A stretch of 64,000 nucleotides of DNA from Candidatus Eiseniibacteriota bacterium (GTDB lineage Bacteria; Eisenbacteria; RBG-16-71-46): contig OY970342.1 in NCBI GenBank assembly GCA_963717505.1, positions 3,168,001 through 3,232,000 of the forward strand. The letters are read 5' to 3'. Below, piece by piece: positions 21,030 through 32,480 of the stretch (position 1 is the first letter of the stretch; every line of letters starts with the position of its first letter). Under the pieces are notes generated by a model that searched no databases, had not been told where the DNA came from, and saw only the letters and a program-made list of their open reading frames with translations. Made by a program: the position numbers and the translations under genes.

Positions 21030-21771
21030 CTCACTTCTCTGGTGCGACGCGACGCGCCGGCCGCGTCCACATGCGAGCGCGACGCGCGGCTGCTCGAAGC
21101 CGCCGAGGCCGACTCGGGTTGCGGCGCCGGTCCTGCGGCTCTTTCGCTTCCGCCCGCGCGGGCATCACCCTTGGGCGTGCGCAGGATCCTGATGCGCACG
21201 CTCGACCTTGGCCGCTGCGCCGCCGACGGGATCGCGTGGGCGGTGCGGCCCACCGGCGGACGCGCCATCTTCCACGACGAGGAGTGGACCTACTCGTTCA
21301 CCGCGCGTCGCGACGACCCGGAGTGGGGCGGCATCGCTCGACGAACGGCTACGCAGCGAATCGCGAGCTGGATCGTCGGCTCACTCGTGCGACTCGGCGT
21401 CCCCGCCGAGATCGCCGCGAGCGCGGCGCGAGCGTACGCGGTCGCACGCGGCGCGACCGTGTTTCGCCTCCACCACTCGACACGAGATCGTGCTCGACGG
21501 GCGCAAGCTGGTCGGCAGCGCGCAACGGCGTGCGGCGTCGGCCTGCTTCAGCAGGGAAGCCTGCTGCTCGGGCCGGGCCACGCCCGGCTCGCCGACTACC
21601 TGCCGCTCGACCTCGAGGCGCGTGTCGCGAACGCGTCGTCGGCTCGAGCTGCAGGCCACCGATGCCGCGCGGTATCTCGGCGTCGATCCGCCGCTCGAAC
21701 GGTGGGCGGCCGCGCTCGCCGCGTCGCTTCCCGGCGTTCGTCGATTCAAGACGCTGCCCGCGGCCCGATGA
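21030..21771 (+). CDS. Lipoate-protein ligase / octanoyltransferase (LipM/LplA family; frameshifted, start approximate)
   Basis: RPTGGRAIFHDEEWTYS, PCFAST...EIVLDGRKLVGSAQRR and LLQQGSLLLG, spread over two frames. Confidence 0.82.
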
Positions 21772-21801
21772 TTGACCGGCCCGGAAAGCCGCTCCTATAC
21801 T
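21772..21801 (+). promoter_or_regulatory. Putative sigma70 promoter of the peptide ABC operon
   Basis: TTGACC-N18-TATACT, 48 bp upstream of the GTG start. Confidence 0.6.
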
Positions 21802-21849
21802 GCGCGTTCGCGCCCTTGCGCCGACCCACGCTCGCTGCGGAGGAATCAC

Positions 21850-23688
21850 GTGAGTTCGACCCGGATCCGGTGGCTACGGGCGGGGGCCGCCCTGCTCGCG
21901 TGCTGTGTTTTGACGCTCCCGCTCGCGAGTTGCGGGGGCACCGCTTCCCAGGCGCGCGTCCGCTATCAGGATCCGCATCCACTCCCCGCCGACACACTGC
22001 TTCTACCCATGGCGGACGTCGGGCAATACGGCGGGCGCTTCGTCATCGGACAGACCAATCCGCCCAAGACGTTCAACGGGATCATGGCCAACGAGACGTC
22101 GTCGACCGACATCATCGACCGAATGTTCACCACGCTGGTCGGTTTCGACTACCCGAGCGAGACGTTGTATCCGCTGCTGGCGAAGTCCTGGGAACTCAGG
22201 GCGGACGGCCTGACCTGGACGTTTCACCTGCGCGACGGCGCCGCGCTTCTCCGACGGAGCACCCGATCACCTCGGCCGACGTCCTGTTCTCGTTCGAGGT
22301 GTCGTACGACGAAACGCTGCACCCCTCGATCCAGGACCTGATCAAGTCCGACGGGCAAGCGGTTCCAGGTCGAGGCCCCGGATTCCCGCACCGTGGTGAT
22401 CCGCACGCCGATCCCCAACTCGGTCCTGCCGGAGATCATGACTTCACTGCGGATCATGCCCAAGCACCAGCTCGAGGCCGCCTTCCGCTCCGGCGACTTC
22501 GCGTCGGCCTACAGCGTCAGCACCGCGCCCGAGAGCATCGTCACCAGCCACGCCTGGCGGCTCAAGCAGTACGTGCCCGGGCAGAAGACCGTGCTCGAGC
22601 GCAATCCGTACTGGTTCGGTGTCGACGCGAAGGGGCAGCGCCTGCCCTATCTGGACGAGCTGGTCTACCTGATCGTCCCCGACCAGAACACCGCGGCGCT
22701 CAAATTCCAGTCGGGCGAGCTGGATGCCCTCGACAACGTCAAGCCCGAGGACTACACGACCTTCGACGACGGTGCGGCGGCGGGCGACTACACCGTGCAC
22801 GATCTGGGTCCGGCCCTCACCACGAACTTCCTCTGGTTCAACCTCAATCGGGTGCGCGAGCCGGCCGCCGGCAAGCGGGTCGGCACTCCGCAGGTCGGCG
22901 CGGTCAAGTACGCCTGGTTCAGCGACGCGCGCTTCCGCCGCGCCGTGTCGAAGGCCATCGACCGCGAAGCCATCATCCGCGGGCCGTTCTTCGGCCACGC
23001 CGTCAAGAACTGGAGCCAGGCGACGCCGGGGAACCGCACCTGGTACACGCCCGACATCGTGCATTGGGACCACGATCCCGAGGGCGCCCGGCAGCTGCTC
23101 GCCGAGATCGGTTACCGCGACCGGAACGGCGACGGCGTCGTCGAGGACGGCGACGGCAACGCGGTGAGCTTCACGCTCAAATCGAACGGCGACAACGCCA
23201 TCCGCGTCGGGATCATGAACCTGGTGCGCGACGACCTGGCTGAAGTCGGAATCCGTTGCGTGCCGACGCCGCAGGACTTCAACACCCTGATCACCAATTT
23301 CCGCCAGGACTTCCAATACGAGGCCGGACTGCTGGGGCTCCAGAGCGGCACGCCGCCGGATCCCGGCCAGGCCCAGAACGTCTGGATGTCGAGCGGCCTG
23401 ACGCACTACTGGAACATCCGTCAGCCGCGCCCGGAGACCGAGTCCGAGGCGAAGGTGGATGCGCTCATGGACTCGCTGACCTCGAATCCGAACCTGGCGC
23501 GGCGCAAGGAGCTGTGGCGCGACATCCAGAACCTGGTCAACCAGGAGTCTTTCATCGTCTGGCTCCCGGTGCTCAAGGTGCGGATTCCGATCCGCAACCG
23601 GTTTGGAAACGTCGAGCCGAGCGTGATGGCGCACCGGATTCTGTGGAACATCGAGCGCGTCTACCTCAAGACGCGCATGCCGGCGTGA
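21850..23688 (+). CDS. Peptide ABC transporter substrate-binding lipoprotein, family 5 (frameshifts about 22245-22370)
   Basis: Lipobox LASC; PKTFN; PLLAKSW; WTFHLR; LERNPYWF; LPYLDE; FRRAVSKAIDR. Confidence 0.9.
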
Positions 23689-25511
23689 ACCGGGCCGCCG
23701 CGGCTGCGCCGGTGCTGTCGGCGCTCGCCCTCGTGACGCTGATCGCAGCGACCGGCTGCGGCGCGCGCGGGCGCGCGAGCACCGGCTACGTCGACCCCTA
23801 CCCGCTGCCGGCCGACACCCTGACGTTCGAGACCGCGGAGTTGGGGCGCTACGGCGGCCGGTTCGTCATGGCGGTGACCAGCGACCCCAAGACCTTCAAC
23901 TCGATCATGGCCAGCGAGCAGTCCTCGACCGACATCACGAACCTGCTGTTCGCCGGACTGGCCGAGATCGACAATCAGACCCATCAGATCTACCCGTTGC
24001 TCGCCAAGTCGTGGGAGGTGAGCGACGACGGCTGCACCTGGACCTGGCACCTGCGCCGGGGCGCCTGTTTCTCGGACGGACATCCGATCACCTCGGCCGA
24101 CGTCGTGTTCATGTTCGAAGTCGCCTACGATCCGGTGCTCCATCCCTCGGAGCAGGATCTGCTCAAGGTCAAGGGGCGCGGGTTCGAGGTCAGCGCTCCC
24201 GACTCGTACACGGTGGTCACGCGGGCGGCCGGTGCGCACGCGCTGATGTCGGCCATCATCGGCGCGCTCAAGATCATGCCCCGTCATGTGCTCGAGCCGG
24301 CGTTTCGCCGCGGGGAGTTCGCCTCGGCCTATTCGGTGAGCACGCCACCCGAGAGTCTGGTGACCAGCGGCGCGTTCCGGGTGCGCCAGTACCAGCCGGG
24401 GGAGAAGGTCGTACTCGAGCGCAATCCGTACTGGTTCGGGGTCGACAGCCGCGGCTGGCGCCTGCCGTATCTCGACGAGCTGGTGTTCCTGGTGGTTCCC
24501 GACCAGAACACCGCGGCCATCAAGTTCCAGGGCGGTGAAGTCGACGCGATCGACAACGTCAAACCCGAGGACTACAAGACCTATATCGATGGCGCGGTCG
24601 CGGGAAACTACACACTGCACGATCTCGGGCCTTCCCTGACCACGAGTTTCCTCTGGTTCAACCTCAATGTGCCCAGCACCGCGAAACCCGGCAAGCCGGC
24701 GGGCAAGCCCGTGGTCGGTGCGATCAAGTATGCCTGGTTCTCGAACCGGGCGTTTCGCGAGGCGGTGTCCCTGGCCATCGATCGCGATGCCATCATTCGC
24801 GGCCCGTTCTACGGCGAGGCGGTCCCGAACTGGTCCGCTCCCTCGGTCGCGGCCCGGCCGTGGGGAGGGCACGGGATCACCGGACCGGACTACGATCCTG
24901 AGCGGGCCAACGCGTTGTTGGACAGCCTCGGCTGGCTCGATCGGAATCAGGACGGGGTTCGCGAAGACCGTGGGGGCCATCCGATCCGCTTCCAGTTGCG
25001 CACCAACAGCGACAATGCCGTGCGCGTGGCCGTGGCCAACCTGATTCAGGACGACCTGGCCCGCATCGGGATCGCCTGCTCGCCGGCTCCGGTCGAGTTC
25101 AACACCATGGTCGCGAGCCTGCGCCAGGACTTCCAGTACGACGCGATGCTCTCGGGTCTGGGCAGCGGCGTGCCACCCGATCCCGGGATGTACGCCAACT
25201 TCCTGACCTCGTCCGGGGTCACGCACTACTGGAACGTCCGACAGACGCGCCCGGCGACCGCGGCCGAGGCCTCGATCGACCGGCTCTATGGAACGCTGGT
25301 GACGTCGATGGACACCGAGGAACGCATGCGGATCTGGACCGAAATCGTGCGCACCCTCAATGCCGAGGTCTTCGTGGTCTGGCTGCCGTCCCAGAAGATC
25401 AAGGTCCCGGTGCGGAACGGGTTCGGCAACGTGCATCCCTCGGTGATTCCTCACCGGATCCTGTGGAACATCGACCGCGTGTTCGTGAAGTCGGCCTCCG
25501 CCCGCGCGTGA
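23685..25511 (+). CDS. Second peptide ABC transporter substrate-binding lipoprotein, family 5
   Basis: Lipobox ATGC; DPKTFN; FSDGHPITSADV; LERNPYWF; paralogous to the upstream gene along its length. Confidence 0.92.
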   Translation: MNRAAAAAPVLSALALVTLIAATGCGARGRASTGYVDPYPLPADTLTFETAELGRYGGRFVMAVTSDPKTFNSIMASEQSSTDITNLLFAGLAEIDNQTHQIYPLLAKSWEVSDDGCTWTWHLRRGACFSDGHPITSADVVFMFEVAYDPVLHPSEQDLLKVKGRGFEVSAPDSYTVVTRAAGAHALMSAIIGALKIMPRHVLEPAFRRGEFASAYSVSTPPESLVTSGAFRVRQYQPGEKVVLERNPYWFGVDSRGWRLPYLDELVFLVVPDQNTAAIKFQGGEVDAIDNVKPEDYKTYIDGAVAGNYTLHDLGPSLTTSFLWFNLNVPSTAKPGKPAGKPVVGAIKYAWFSNRAFREAVSLAIDRDAIIRGPFYGEAVPNWSAPSVAARPWGGHGITGPDYDPERANALLDSLGWLDRNQDGVREDRGGHPIRFQLRTNSDNAVRVAVANLIQDDLARIGIACSPAPVEFNTMVASLRQDFQYDAMLSGLGSGVPPDPGMYANFLTSSGVTHYWNVRQTRPATAAEASIDRLYGTLVTSMDTEERMRIWTEIVRTLNAEVFVVWLPSQKIKVPVRNGFGNVHPSVIPHRILWNIDRVFVKSASARA

Positions 25512-25520
25512 TCGGAACCG

Positions 25521-26489
25521 ATGCGCACTCTGCTGGTCAAGCGGCTGTTCCAGATCGTGCCGCTCCTGATCGGAATCTCCGCGCTGACCTTCCTTCTGCT
25601 GCAACTGGCGCCGGGCGACTTCCTCAACACCATGGCCGAGAATCCGCAGATCTCCGCCGAGACTCTGGAAGCCATGCGCCGGCGCTTCGGCCTGGATCGG
25701 CCGTGGTACGTGCAGTACGGCCTGTATCTCCAGAATCTGTTCCTGCGGCTGGACTTCGGCGAGTCGTTCTCGCGACACCAGCCGGTGTTCACGGTGCTGC
25801 GGGAAGGCCTGCTCAACACGTTGCTGCTCGCGGGTGCCGCGGCGATCGTCACCTGGGGACTGGCGATTCCGCTCGGCGTCTGGGCGGCGGTGCGCCAGTA
25901 CACCTGGGTCGATCGGATCCTTTCGTTCCTCGCGTTCATTTGGCTGTCGATCCCCGAGGTGCTCTCCGGTCTGTTGCTGCTCTTGCTGGCCGCCAAGACC
26001 GGCTGGTTTCCGGTGGGGGGTATGCGCTCGGTGGATTACGAGGAACTGGACTTGTTGGGCCGGATGATCGACGTGGTGCATCACCTGGCCCTGCCGGCGC
26101 TGGTGGTCGGCTTGATTCCGCTCGCCGGCCGCATGCGGCAGATGCGCGGCAACCTGCTCGACGTCCTGCGGCTCGACTACGTGACCACGGCGCGGGCCAA
26201 GGGGCTCGACGAGAACACGGTGGTGTTCAAGCACGCGGTGCGGAACGCGATCAATCCGTTGATCACGCTGTTCGGCTACACGCTCGGATCGCTGGTCTCG
26301 GGTTCGTTCGTCGCCGAAATCATCTTCTCGTGGCCGGGGTTGGGACGCATCACGCTCGACGCCATCCTGTCGCAGGACCAGTACCTGGTCATGGGCTCGG
26401 TGCTCATGGCGTCCGTGGTGCTGATCCTCGGAAACCTGGTCGCCGATGTCCTGCTCGTGGTCGCCGACCCGCGGATCTCGTATGAGTGA
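25521..26489 (+). CDS. Peptide ABC transporter permease (OppB/DppB)
   Basis: [27 protein letters not shown] (EAA loop), FSWPGLG, DPRI. Confidence 0.93.
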   Translation: MRTLLVKRLFQIVPLLIGISALTFLLLQLAPGDFLNTMAENPQISAETLEAMRRRFGLDRPWYVQYGLYLQNLFLRLDFGESFSRHQPVFTVLREGLLNTLLLAGAAAIVTWGLAIPLGVWAAVRQYTWVDRILSFLAFIWLSIPEVLSGLLLLLLAAKTGWFPVGGMRSVDYEELDLLGRMIDVVHHLALPALVVGLIPLAGRMRQMRGNLLDVLRLDYVTTARAKGLDENTVVFKHAVRNAINPLITLFGYTLGSLVSGSFVAEIIFSWPGLGRITLDAILSQDQYLVMGSVLMASVVLILGNLVADVLLVVADPRISYE

Positions 26490-27580
26490 AGGCGCGGCCC
26501 TGTCGCCGTCGCGCCTGTTCTGGCGCCAGTTCCGCCGGAGTCCGGTGGCGATCGCCGGCGGCGTCCTGTTGTCCGGGTTCTACCTGATCGCGACGTTCGC
26601 GCCATTCTTCGCGCCCTACGCGCAGGAGGCGATCGACAAGCAGCGCTTCTTCCATCCGCCGCACCGGGTGCACTGGCTCGACCAGGGACGCTGGCGCGGT
26701 CCCTTCATTCGTCCGATGGAGCTGGTCGACCCGGCGCGAGCCCGTTATGCGGAGGACGAGTCGCGGGTGGTGCCCCTGCGCTGGTTCGTGCGCGGCAGCT
26801 CGTACCGGTTGCTGGGCGTGATCCCCAGCAACCTCCATCTGTTCGGCGTCGAATCCGGCGAACGCGTGTACCTGCTCGGCGCCGACCCACTCGGCCGCGA
26901 CCTGCTCTCGCGCCTGCTCTACGGCAGCCAGATCTCGCTCACCGTCGGGCTGGTCGGCATCTCGATCTCGTTCTCGATCGGACTCCTGCTCGGCGGCGTC
27001 GCCGGCTATTTCGGCGGCTGGATCGACTCCGTGATCATGCGCTTCACGGAGCTGCTGCTGACCATCCCCGGTCTCTACCTGATCGTGGCGCTGCGCAGCG
27101 TGTTCCCGACCGACCTGCCGAGCCAGCAGGTCTACCTCGCCATCGTCGCGATCCTGGCGTTCATCGGTTGGGCGGGACTCGCGCGGATCATCCGCGGCAT
27201 GGTGCTGTCGATCCGGCGCTCGGAGTACGTGACCGCCGCCGAAGCGCTGGGCATGAGCCGCCTGCGCATCATCGCCCGCCACATCCTGCCCAACACCATG
27301 TCGTTCGTGATCGTGGCCGCGACCATCGCGATCCCCGGCTACATCCTGGGCGAGGTGTTCCTGTCGTTCCTCGGGGTCGGGGTCCAGGAGCCGAGCTGCT
27401 TCCTGGGGCAACATGCTGAATCAGGCGCGGAGCCTGCGCGCGCTGAATTCCTTCCCCTGGCTGCTGTTCGTGCCGGGCATCGCCATCTTCCTGACCGTGA
27501 TGGCGTTCAACTTCCTGGGCGACGGCCTGCGCGACGCGCTCGACCCGCGCAAGGTCCACGGCGGTCGGAGTTCCGGATGA
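26482..27580 (+). CDS. Peptide ABC transporter permease (OppC/DppC; frameshift near 27400)
   Basis: [29 protein letters not shown]; after the shift SWGNML...[15 protein letters not shown], ending TGA at 27580. Confidence 0.9.
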
Positions 27581-28590
27581 GGCCGCCGCTGCTCGAAGTC
27601 CGCGATCTACAGACCCACTTCTTCACCGACGAGGGCGTGGTGCGCGCGGTCGACGGCGTGTCGTTCGAACTGAACGCGGGGGAGACGCTGGCCGTGGTCG
27701 GCGAGTCGGGAAGCGGCAAGAGCGTGACGTCGTTGTCGATCCTGCGCCTGGTCGCCCAGCCGCCCGGCCGCATCGTCGGCGGACAGATCCGTTTTCAGGG
27801 GCGAAATCTGCTCGACCTGGCCCCCAGGGAAATGCGCGCGATCCGCGGCAAGGAGATCTCGATGATCTTCCAGGAGCCGATGACCTCGCTCAATCCGGTC
27901 TACACGTGCGGCGAGCAGATCATCGAGGCGATCGTGCTCCACGAGAAGGTCGACCGGCGCGCGGCGCGCCAGCGGACCATCGAGATGCTGCAGCAGGTCG
28001 GCATTCCCTCGCCCGAGCAGCGCGTCGACGAGTACCCGCACCAGATGTCGGGCGGGATGCGCCAGCGCGTGATGATCGCGATGGCGCTGGCTTGCCGGCC
28101 CGCGATCCTGATCGCCGACGAGCCGACCACCGCGCTCGACGTGACGATCCAGGCCCAGATCCTCGAGCTGCTCAAGCGACTCCAGCGCGAGCTGGGGATG
28201 GCGGTGCTGCTGATCACGCACGACCTGGGCGTGGTCGCCGAGACCGCCGATCGAGTCGCCGTCATGTACGCAGGGCAGGTGGTCGAGTACTGCGACGTCG
28301 CCTCGACCTTCCAGCGCCCGCTCCATCCTTACACCGCCGGTCTCCAGGCGTCTCTGCCCCGATTGGGGGCGAAGCGTGACCGCTGCGGGTGATCCCGGGC
28401 AACGTTCCCAACCCGGTGCGCTTCCCCGTGGGGTGCCGTTTCCATCCGCGCTGTCCGGTGCGACAGGAACGCTGTCTGACCGATCCGCCGTTGGTCGCGA
28501 TCGAGGGTCGACCAGTCGCGCTGCTGGCGCGCCGACGAGATCGCCACCGGCCGTCTCGATCCCGCCCGCGCCCTGGGAGAGGTGTCATGA
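27577..28590 (+). CDS. Peptide ABC transporter ATP-binding protein (OppD; frameshifts near the 3' end)
   Basis: Walker [49 protein letters not shown]. Confidence 0.92.
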
Positions 28591-29656
28591 CCCAGGTTTC
28601 GCCGGCGTCCGTGCCGGGGGCGCGTTCGAGCGCGTCGCCGAACGGAGAACCGCTGCTCCAGGTCGACGAATCTGGTCAAGCACTTCCCGATCCGCAAGGG
28701 ACTCCTGTCCCGGGTGGTCGGACAGGTGCGCGCGGTCGACGGCGTTTCGTTCTCGGTGCGCGCGGGCGAGGTGCTCGGCCTGGTCGGCGAGAGCGGCTGC
28801 GGCAAGACCACCACCGGACGCTGCGATCCTGCGCCTGATCGAGCCGACCTCGGGCAGCGTGCGCTTCGAGGGGCGCGAGATCCTCGGGATTTCCCGGCGC
28901 GAGATGCGCGCGCTCCGGCGCGAGCATGCAGATCGTCTTCCAGGATCCCTACTCGAGCCTCAATCCGCGGCTCACGGTCGGCAGCATGCTCGGGGAGGCG
29001 CTGTCGATCCACGGCCTGGCCCGCGGTGCGGCCGCCCGCGAACCGGGTCGCCGAACTGCTGACCCTGGTCGGACTGTCGCCCGACCATGCCCGCCGGTAT
29101 CCGCACGAGTTCTCGGGTGGCCAGCGCCAGCGGATCGGCGTCGCCCGCGCACTCGCGGTCGGGCCCCAGTTGATCGTCGCCGACGAGCCGGTGTCGGCGC
29201 TCGACGTCTCGATCCAGGCGCAGATCATCAACCTGCTGCGCGACCTCCAGCAGCAGATGAACCTGACCTACCTGTTCGTCGCGCACGACCTGTCGGTGGT
29301 CGAGCACATCAGCGATCGGGTCGCCGTGATGTACCTGGGCAAGATCGTCGAGCTGGCGACCAGCGAGGCGCTCTACGCAGGTCCGCGCGCATCCGTATAC
29401 GGTCGCGCTGCTGTCGGCGATTCCGGTTCCGGATCCTGCGCGGCGCCGGCAGCGGATCGTCCTCAAGGGCGACGTTCCGAGCCCGAGTCGGCCACCCAGC
29501 GGCTGCCGATTCCATCCGCGCTGCTTCATGGCGCGCCCGGTGTGCGCCGAACACGAACCTCTGCTGCGCGAGGTTCGCCCCGGGCATTGGGCGGCGTGCC
29601 ACTTCGCCGAAGACGTTCCAACCCACGTGCCGGAAGCCGCGATCCACGGGGGCTGA
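28587..29656 (+). CDS. Peptide ABC transporter ATP-binding protein (OppF; several frameshifts)
   Basis: [52 protein letters not shown]...ACHFAE across frames. Confidence 0.9.
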
Positions 29657-30067
29657 GCCCCGGATTCTCGGGTCTCCGACGCCCGCGGCACCCATCGCGG
29701 GAAAAGACCCACCGCCGGGAGCGGCGGGGGCAAACCTTCCCAGCGTCTTCGCCCGCACCGCTCGTTTTCAGCTCCCCGCCACCGGTGGGTCGCACCCGTA
29801 ACGCCTCCACTGGCCGCGAGCTAGCAAGTCCCACCCGGGCGAGGCCCAGGTCGGCATCCGGCTTGCGAATCGTCAAGGTTGTCCGCCGGCGTGTCAGGGC
29901 GGGCGCCACCGGGGCGGTCGGTCCAGCCTGCGATCGCCTCCGGTGGTCACAATCGAATACGTCGTGTTCCCTGTGCGACTCGTGATTGCCCGGCTGTCGG
30001 CTTATCCCCCTATCGCGAGCGAAGGAGTCGTTGGACCGGCGCACGGTCGTTACGGGGAACCGTTGTG

Positions 30068-30135
30068 GGCCCCGGGCCCCGCGTCAGCCTCCAGCATCGA
30101 CCTCCTCTGTACGCGCCCCGGGGCCTTATCCTTTT
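30068..30135. other. GC-rich stem-loop followed by a T-rich tract, in a long intergenic region
   Basis: GGCCCCGGG (30068-76) pairs with CCCGGGGCC (30117-25); CGCGT (30080-84) pairs with ACGCG (30111-15); followed by TTATCCTTTTT. Confidence 0.5.
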
Positions 30136-30224
30136 TCACGCGCCCCCCGCGCGGCCTTCCTCGCCATGCTTCTGGCTCTCCCCGGATGGCCCTCGCGACC
30201 GGAGAATGGACCGCGCGGCATTCG

Positions 30225-30254
30225 TTGACCCTCTGTCGGCATCCCTGTTAGCGT
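30225..30254 (+). promoter_or_regulatory. Putative sigma70 promoter of the BMC operon
   Basis: TTGACC-N18-TAGCGT with an extended -10 TG, 150 bp upstream of BMC-H. Confidence 0.5.
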
Positions 30255-30404
30255 CCGCGTTCGATCGTGCTCCGCGGGCGCGAGTTCGCGCTCGAGGACC
30301 GTGGCGTGAAACAAGATCGCCGCGCCGTGAGTCCGAGGCGCCGGTGCCGAGCAGCTTCGCCCCGCGGGGGAACTCCGCGGGGTCACCAGGGCAAGGAGAG
30401 CTCC

Positions 30405-30705
30405 ATGCAGGAAGAAGCGCTGGGCCTGATCGAGACGCGCGGCTTCGTCGCCATGGTCGAGGCCTCCGACGCCATGGTGAAGGCCGCCCGCGTGCACGCT
30501 GGTGCACTACGAGAAGATCGGCGGCGGCTACGTCACCACGATCGTGCGCGGCGACGTCGCCGCGGTGCGCGCCGCCACCGAGGCCGGCGCGGCGGCCGCG
30601 GCCAAGGTCGGCGAGGTGGTGTCGGTCCACGTCATTCCGCGCCCGCACGGCATGCTCGAGGACGTGCTGCCGATCCGCCGTCCCGAGGCCGCCGGCAAGA
30701 AGTAG
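30405..30705 (+). CDS. Microcompartment hexamer shell protein BMC-H (EutM/PduA-like; frameshift near 30495)
   Basis: [25 protein letters not shown] + [27 protein letters not shown]...VHVIPRPH. Confidence 0.93.
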
Positions 30706-30710
30706 GCGCC

Positions 30711-31043
30711 ATGATCCTGGCCCAGGTGCTGGGCACGGTCGTCTCGACGCGCAAGGACTCGCGGGCTCGCTCGGACTCAAGCTCCTGCTCGCGCGCGAGG
30801 TCGACGGCGCAGTTCGAGCCGGCCGGCGAACTTCGTGGTCGCCGCGGACGCGGTCGGCGCCGGCGAGGGCGAGCTGGTGCTGGTCGGCGCAGGGGTCGTC
30901 GGCGCGCCTGACCGAGGTCTCGCGCGAGAAGCCGGTCGATGCGGTGATCTGCGGCATCGTCGACACGGTCGAGATGCGACGGCCGGGACGTCTACCTCAA
31001 GCGCGCCGGCCGCGCGCCGGCCGCGGCGGCCTCACCGGCATGA
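30711..31043 (+). CDS. Microcompartment vertex protein BMC-P (EutN/CcmL; frameshifted)
   Basis: MILAQVLGTVVSTRKD, VAADAVGAGEGELVL, GSSAR, PVDAVICGIVD. Confidence 0.88.
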
Positions 31044-32480
31044 CGCCTCGACGCGCGCCGCATCGAGTCGATCGTCGCCGAGGTGCTCGAGCGGCTCGAG
31101 GCCGGCGCGCTCGGCGGCCGGCAGGGGCGCCGCCGGCGCCGCTCGGCGTCCACGCCGACCTCGACACCGCGGTGGCCGCGGCGCGCGCGGCGTTCGAGGC
31201 CTACGAGCGGTGCCGCTCGTCGACCCGGCAGGCGATCATCGCCGTCGATCCGCGAGACGCTGCGCCGCCAACTACCGGACGCTGTCCGAGCTCGCGGTCG
31301 ACGGAGACCGGCCTCGGACGCGTCGAGGACAAGATCCTCAAGAACCGCCTCGTGACCGAGCAGACGCCGGGCACCGAGGATCTCGAGCCGATGACCTGGA
31401 CCGGCGACCACGGCCTCACGCTGCTCGAGCGCGCGCCCTACGGCGCCGATCGCCGTGATCACGCCGGTCACCAACCCGAGCGAGACCATCATCAACAACG
31501 GCATCTCGATGATCGCCGGCGGCAACACCGTGCGTGCTGTGCCCGCACCCGAACGCGCGCAAGGTCTCGAACCTGACGATCGACCTGATGAACCGCGCCG
31601 CGCGCGCGCGCCGGGGCGCCGCGCGCCGCTGCTCCACTCGGTCGGCGCAGCCGACGCTCGAGGTCGCCCAGGCGCTGCTCCGCTACCAAGGGCATCCGCC
31701 TCAACGTCGTGACCGGCGGCCCGGCCGTGGTGCAGGAGGCGCTGGCCGCGGGCAAGAAGGCGATCACCGCCGGCCCCGGCAACCCGCCCGTCGGTGGTCG
31801 ACGAGACCGCCGACCTCGAGCGCGCCGCCCGCGACCTGATCGCCGGCGCCTCGCTCGACAACAACATCATCTGCACCGACGAGAAGGAAGTGATCGCCGT
31901 CGGCGCTGATCGCCGACCGGCTCAAGGAGGCGTTCGCGCGCGCCGGCGCGGTGGTGCTGCCGCCGCACCAGACCGAGCAGCTGCGCGCGCGTGCTGCTCG
32001 AGAAGGAGCACGGGCCGCGCAAGCACGCGGTGATCCAGCGGCAAGTTCGTCGGCAAGAACGTCGACGTGCATCCTGCGCGAGGCCGGCATCCCGTGCGAC
32101 CCCTCGCAGCGGCTCGCGGTGTGCGAGGTCGACAACGATCATCCGTTCCTGTGGACCGAGATGATGATGCCGATCCTGCCGATGACGCGGGTGCGCACCG
32201 TCGACGAGGCGATCGACTTCGCGCTCGCAGGTCGAGCACGGCTTCCGCCACACCGCCTCGATGCACTCGCGCAACATCGACAAGCTCTCGCGCGATGGCG
32301 CGTCGCTGCGACTGCTCGATCTTCGTCAAGAACGGCCCGAACTTCGCGGGCCTGGGCATGGGCGGGGAAGGGCCGACCAGCTTCACGATCGCGAGCCCGA
32401 CCGGCGAGGGCATGACCACGGCGCGCAGCTTCACCCGCATCCGCCGCTGCACGCTGGTCGATCACTTCCGGATCGTATGA
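31040..32480 (+). CDS. CoA-acylating aldehyde dehydrogenase (EutE/PduP family; heavily frameshifted)
   Basis: [66 protein letters not shown] (catalytic Cys), [29 protein letters not shown]. Confidence 0.92.

Noticed and set aside
26446-28392. Apparent OppC-OppD fusion (648 aa)
   Set aside because: Caused by an indel near 27400; the true OppC C-terminus is in another frame, ending at 27580 and overlapping the OppD ATG.
29690-30130. c-di-GMP, c-di-AMP, cobalamin or SAM riboswitch
   Set aside because: Only short fragments match (GGCAAACC, ACGGGGAACC, GGGAAGG); the remaining conserved elements are missing.
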